The notes under the pieces were generated by a model. That model worked only from the letters and a program-made list of their open reading frames with translations, had not been told where the DNA came from and did no database searches. The translations under genes and the position numbers were made by a program. DNA of 64,000 nucleotides from Ranitomeya imitator (Eukaryota): positions 156,488,001 through 156,552,000 of the forward strand of contig NC_091290.1 in NCBI RefSeq assembly GCF_032444005.1, written 5' to 3'. Positions 59,701 to 64,000 of the stretch are shown here, in pieces (position 1 is the stretch's first letter; every line of letters begins with the position of its first letter).

Positions 59701-61870
59701 AGCCCCCGCAACTAGGGACGGCCAATCACCCCAAACCCCCGCAACTAGGGACGGACAATCACCTCACAGCCCCCGCAACTAGGGACGGACAATCACCTCA
59801 CAGCCCCCGCAACTAGGGACGGACAATCACCTCACAGCCCCCGCAACTAGGGACGGACAATCACCTCACAGCCCCCGCAACTAGGGACGGACAATCACCT
59901 CACAGCCCCCGCAACTAGGGACGGACAATCACCTCACAGCCCCCGCAACTAGGGACGGACAATCACCTCACAGCCCCCGCAACTAGGGACGGCCAATCAC
60001 CTCACAGCCCCCGCAACTAGGGACGGACAATCACCTCACAACCCCCGCAACTAGGGACGGACAATCACCTCACAGCCCCCGCAACTAGGGACGGACAATC
60101 ACCTCACAGCCCCGCAACTAGGGACGGACAATCACCTCACAGCCCCCGCAACTAGGGACGGCCAATCACCTCACAGCCCCCGCAACTAGGGACGGACAAT
60201 CACCGCACAGCCCCCCCAACTAGGGACGGACAATCACCTCACAGCCCCCGCAACTAGGGACGGCCAATCACCTCACAGCCCCCGCAACTAGGGACGGCCA
60301 ATCACCTCACAGCCCCCACAACTAGGGACGGACAATCACCGCACAGCCCCCCCAACTAGGGACGGACAATCACCTCACAGCCCCCGCAACTAGGGACGGA
60401 CAATCACCGCACAGCCCCCCCAACTAGGGACGGCCAATCACCTCACAGCCCCCGCAACTAGGGACGGACAATCACCGCACAGCCCCCGCAACTAGGGACG
60501 GCCAATCACCTCACAGCCCCCGCAACTAGGGACGGACAATCACCTCACAACCCCCGCAACTAGGGACGGACAATCACCTCACAACCCCCGCAACTAGGGA
60601 CGGACAATCACCTCACAGCCCCCACAACTAGGGACGGACAATCACCTCACAGCCCCCACAACTAGGGACGGCCAATCACCTCACAGCCCCCACAACTAGG
60701 GACGGCCAATCACCTCACAGCCCCCACAACTAGGGACGGACAATCACCGCACAGCCCCCCCAACTAGGGACGGACAATCACCTCACAGCCCCCGCAACTA
60801 GGGATGGACAATCACCGCACAGCCCCCCCAACTAGGGACGGCCAATCACCTCACAGCCCCCCCAACTAGGGACGGACAATCACCGCACAGCCCCCGCAAC
60901 TAGGGACGGCCAATCACCTCACAGCCCCCGCAACTAGGGACGGACAATCACCTCACAACCCCCGCAACTAGGGACGGACAATCACCTCACAACCCCCGCA
61001 ACTAGGGACGGACAATCACCTCACAGCCCCCACAACTAGGGACGGACAATCACCTCACAGCCCCCACAACTAGGGACGGCCAATCACCTCACAGCCCCCA
61101 CAACTAGGGACGGCCAATCACCTCACAGCCCCTAGACCAGGTGAAATGTAAGATTCTCCGCACTGTCTCTAATAACAGAGTTTACTGTGAATGTATTGTA
61201 CACAATGTGGGAGCGGAGCAGAATCTACAACTTGTGTGACCCTTGTACAACGTTCCGGCTCATTCCAGTATAAATAGTGATAGTAGGAGGGGATTGTGCT
61301 AGTGGTGGTGGTGGGGTGTAAATGTCCACAGGAGGACGGTCCGGATCCGCAATGTGCTGAGCGGTGAGATACGCCGGTGACAGCAGGGTGCGGACAATCC
61401 CTCCTACTATCACTATTTATACTGCAATGAGCCGGAACGTTGTACAAGGGTCACACAAGTTGTAGATTCTGTACAGTACATTCACAGTAAACTCTGTTAT
61501 TAGAGACAGTGTGGAGAATCTTATATTTCCCCTGGTCTGAGAGCTCTGCTCTGTTACCCCGGCACCGGCTCTACAAGGCTCAGTGCACACAGCATCTAAC
61601 CTATCCTACACCGACAAGAATGACACGCCACAGGGCGGAGCCGGACGGATCAGGGGCGGGGCCGGGCGGATCAGGGGCGGGGCCACATGGGGTCACCGGC
61701 TGTTCCGCCCTCGGGGTGGCTGTGACCTCTGGCAGTGACCTGCCCGTCCTCCTGCCGCCATTTCCGCCCTCCGCTCCCCTCCTCTCACCACACAGCCCAC
61801 GCCGCCCACACAGGAGAACGAGTCCTCCGCTGCCACCAGCCGCCAGACACCGCACCGCGACGGCCGCCAT
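47671..61870 (-). CDS. COQ9: Ubiquinone biosynthesis protein COQ9, mitochondrial, complete, 9 exons, 311 aa
   Basis: join(61789-61870,55618-55753,55415-55550,55201-55346,55037-55121,50674-50778,50125-50280,47887-47940,47671-47706) = 936 nt in one frame, all GT-AG. Motifs match remembered human COQ9: [82 protein letters not shown]. Confidence 0.96.
47887..47940 (-). CDS. COQ9: COQ9 exon 8
   Basis: [18 protein letters not shown]; GT-AG. Confidence 0.94.
47992..49684. repeat. 34-bp near-invariant minisatellite, about 50 copies, COQ9 intron 7
   Basis: gagagcgagagctaatcccggcagaggacaaag(t/c). Confidence 0.97.
50125..50280 (-). CDS. COQ9: COQ9 exon 7
   Basis: [52 protein letters not shown]; GT-AG. 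Confidence 0.95.
50674..50778 (-). CDS. COQ9: COQ9 exon 6
   Basis: [35 protein letters not shown]; GT-AG. Confidence 0.95.
50941..51990. mobile_element. Degenerate solo LTR related to 5334-6760, opposite orientation, in COQ9 intron 5 (right end approximate)
   Basis: Starts TGTCATGA; 51010-51400 is a diverged reverse complement of about 6150-6540 (both translate to [23 protein letters not shown]). Confidence 0.7.
52071..52264. mobile_element. Harbinger/PIF-type MITE (194 bp)
   Basis: Long TIRs ggctgccgtcacactatcagtatttggtcagtattttacatcagtattt and the mirrored right end; TTA duplication at 52068-52070 and 52265-52267. Confidence 0.85.
52393..52753. mobile_element. Truncated Harbinger/PIF-type MITE
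   Basis: taa|ggctacttttacactagcgtcg left end, TGCG-rich body like 3276-3565; right TIR mostly missing. Confidence 0.6.
53252..55028. repeat. About 29-35-bp minisatellite, COQ9 intron 5
   Basis: gctccgcactgtacaggggttgtgatgccgc and variants. Confidence 0.95.
55037..55121 (-). CDS. COQ9: COQ9 exon 5
   Basis: [28 protein letters not shown]; GT-AG. Confidence 0.95.
55201..55346 (-). CDS. COQ9: COQ9 exon 4
   Basis: [48 protein letters not shown]; GT-AG. Confidence 0.94.
55415..55550 (-). CDS. COQ9: COQ9 exon 3
   Basis: [45 protein letters not shown]; GT-AG. Confidence 0.95.
55618..55753 (-). CDS. COQ9: COQ9 exon 2
   Basis: [44 protein letters not shown](R); presequence-like; phases 1 and 2 fit the neighbouring exons. 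Confidence 0.86.
55867..61133. repeat. 34-bp minisatellite, about 150 copies, COQ9 intron 1
   Basis: cccccgcaactagggacgg(c/a)caatcacctcacag. Confidence 0.97.
61134..61538. mobile_element. Fold-back / MITE-like element (405 bp) in COQ9 intron 1
   Basis: Arms about 61134-61297 and 61394-61538 are reverse complements except for an 18-nt indel; about 96-bp spacer; no clear TSD. Confidence 0.6.
61789..61870 (-). CDS. COQ9: COQ9 exon 1, coding part (mitochondrial targeting region)
   Basis: gtcATGG Kozak; [27 protein letters not shown]; donor G|gtgaga in phase 1 as exon 2 requires. Confidence 0.82.
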
Positions 61871-61960
61871 GACTGCAGCTGTAGGAAGAGGGCGGGGACT
61901 AATCTGCCCGGGGACCTCATATCCGGTCACGAGACCGGAAGTGGTGAATAGGCGCCTCAC
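61871..61960 (-). promoter_or_regulatory. COQ9 proximal promoter (GC box plus ETS site)
   Basis: GGGCGGGG near 61890; CCGGAAGTG at 61935-61943; further GC boxes at about 61654-61685 in early intron 1; CpG-rich. Confidence 0.65.
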
Positions 61961-62004
61961 CTGAACCAGCGGCGGGAGAGGGAGGTGCGGAACATACCCC
62001 CGTG

Positions 62005-64000
62005 TATCGCGATAGACTGTCATACCCCCCCCCCCGTGTATCGCTGTGGACGGTGACCTCTCCTCCCCCCGTGTATCGCTGTGGACGGTGACCTCCCCCC
62101 CCCCCCCGTGTATCGCTGTGGACGGTGACCTCCCCCCCCCCCCGTGTATCGCTGTGGACGGTGACCTCTCCTCCCCCCCCGTGTATCGCTGTGGACGGTG
62201 ACCTCTCCTCCCCCCGTGTATCGCTGTGGACGGTGACCTCTCCTCCCCCCCCGTGTATCGCTGTGGACGGTGACCTCTCCTCCCCCCGTGTATCGCTGTG
62301 GACGGTGACCTCCCCCCCCCCCCCCGTGTATCGCTGTGGACGGTGACCTCCCCCCCCCCCCGTGTATCGCTGTGGACGGTGACCTCTCCTCCCCCCGTGT
62401 ATCGCTGTGGACGGTGACCTCCCCCCCCCCCCCGTGTATCGCTGTGGACGGTGACCTCTCCTCCCCCCCCGTGTATCGCTGTGGACGGTGACCTCTCCTC
62501 CCCCCGTGTATCGCTGTGGACGGTGACCTCTCCTCCCCCCCCGTGTATCGCTGTGGACGGTGACCTCTCCTCCCCCCGTGTATCGCTGTGGACGGTGACC
62601 TCCCCCCCCCCCCCCGTGTATCGCTGTGGACGGTGACCTCCCCCCCCCCCCGTGTATCGCTGTGGACGGTGACCTCTCCTCCCCCCGTGTATCGCTGTGG
62701 ACGGTGACCTCCCCCCCCCCCCCGTGTATCGCTGTGGACGGTGACCTCCCCCCCCCCCCCCGTGTATCGCTGTGGACGGTGACCTCTCCCCCCCCCCCCC
62801 CGTGTATCGCTGTGGACGGTGACCTCCCCCCCCCCCCCCGTGTATCGCTGTGGACGGTGACCTCCTCACCCCCGTGTATCGCTGTGGACGGTGACCTCCT
62901 CCCCCCCCCCCCGTGTGTATCGCTGTGGACGGTGACCTCCTCCCCCCCGTGTATCGCTGTGGACGGTGACCTCCTCCCCCCGTGTATCGCTGTGGACGGT
63001 GACCTCCTCCCTCCGTGTATCGCTGTGGACGGTGACCTCCTCCCCCCGTGTATCGCTGTGGACGGTGACCTCTCCCTCCCCCCGTGTATCGCTGTGGACG
63101 GTGACCTCTCCCCCCCCGTGTATCGCTGTGGACGGTGGCCTCCTCCCCCCGTGTATCGCTGTGGACGGTGACCTCCTCCCCCCGTGTATCCCTGTGGACG
63201 GTGACCTCCTCCCCCCGTGTATCGCGGTGGACGGTGACCTCCTCCCCCCGTGTATCGCTGTGGACGGTGACCTCCTCCCCCCGTGTATCGCTGTGGACGG
63301 TGACCTCCTCCCCCCCGTGTATCGCTGTGGACGGTGACCTCCTCCCCCCGTGTATCGCTGTGGACGGTGACCTCCTCCCCCCGTGTATCGCTGTGGACGG
63401 TGACCTCCTCCCCCCGTGTATCGCTGTGGACGGTGACCTCCTCCCCCCGTGTATCGCTGTGGACGGTGACCTCCTCCCCCCCGTGTATCGCTGTGGACGG
63501 TGACCTCCTCCCTCCGTGTATCGCTGTGGACGGTGACCTCCTCCCCCCGTGTATCGCTGTGGACGGTGACCTCTCCTCCCCCCTTGTGTATCGCTGTGGA
63601 CGGTGACCTCTCCTCCCCCCCGTGTGTATCGCTGTGGACGGTGACCTCCTCCCCCCCCCCCCCCCCCCGTGTGTATCGCTGTGGACGGTGACCTCCTCCC
63701 CCCGTGTATCGCTGTGGACGATGACCTCCTCCCCCCGTGTATCGCTGTGGACGGTGACCTCCTCCCCCCGTGTATCGCTGTGGACGGTGACCTCCTCCCC
63801 CCGTGTATCGCTGTGGACGGTGACCTCTCCTCCCCCCGTGTGTATCGCTGTGGACGGTGACCTCTCCTCCCCCCCCCCCCCCCCCCCGTGTGTATCGCTG
63901 TGGACGGTGACCTCTCCCCCCCCCCCCCCCCCCGTGTATCGCTGTGGACGGTGACCTCCTCCCCCCGTGTATCGCTGTGGACGGTGACCTCCTCCCCCCG
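62005..64000. repeat. About 31-40-bp minisatellite with variable C-run, upstream of COQ9
   Basis: (c)ngtgtatcgctgtggacggtgacctc(tcct); continues past the window edge. Confidence 0.96.

Noticed and set aside
7666-61133. Regularly spaced repeats as CRISPR arrays
   Set aside because: No unique spacers, no cas genes, and the context is a spliced eukaryotic locus.
1-61133. Hypothesis that all arrays are G-rich on the host sense strand
   Set aside because: It holds for some arrays (POLR2C 1-350, UTP6 introns 1 and 3, COQ9 intron 1) but fails for others (10810-11040, 15348-23545, UTP6 introns 2 and 6, COQ9 introns 5 and 7).
61601-62869. 422-aa ORF in frame with COQ9 exon 1
   Set aside because: The upstream part is the terminal minisatellite; the conserved-type start MAAVAV at 61870 has a good Kozak context.

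Overview
Vertebrate genomic DNA, most likely from a frog (inferred from the repeat and transposon repertoire; no database search was possible). It holds three intron-containing housekeeping genes, recognised from remembered human orthologue sequences and confirmed by GT-AG junctions and reading-frame continuity. POLR2C lies on the minus strand (exons 1-5; the rest is left of the window). UTP6 lies on the plus strand and is complete (19 exons, 593 aa). COQ9 lies on the minus strand and is complete (9 exons, 311 aa). POLR2C and UTP6 are head-to-head, with 513 bp between the start codons, most of it five 81-bp tandem units each carrying CCGGAAGTG (ETS/GABPA). Only about 5% of the window is coding. 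About 60% is tandem repeat, in roughly 18 unrelated minisatellite arrays. Several arrays visibly derive from local functional sequence: splice donors, the promoter, the UTP6 stop codon, and the C-terminus of a dead Tc1 transposase. Mobile elements are an L2 LINE with three nested insertions, an L1 3' fragment, a CR1 3' end, two Tc1 elements, Harbinger-type and hAT MITEs, two related solo LTRs, and three small inserts with about 14-bp target-site duplications. Two of those three are fold-back (arm-spacer-inverted arm) structures, and one carries a complete minimal hammerhead-ribozyme fold of the Penelope type. The very long ORFs in the six-frame track are translations of satellites and are not genes. 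There is one 155-N assembly gap.
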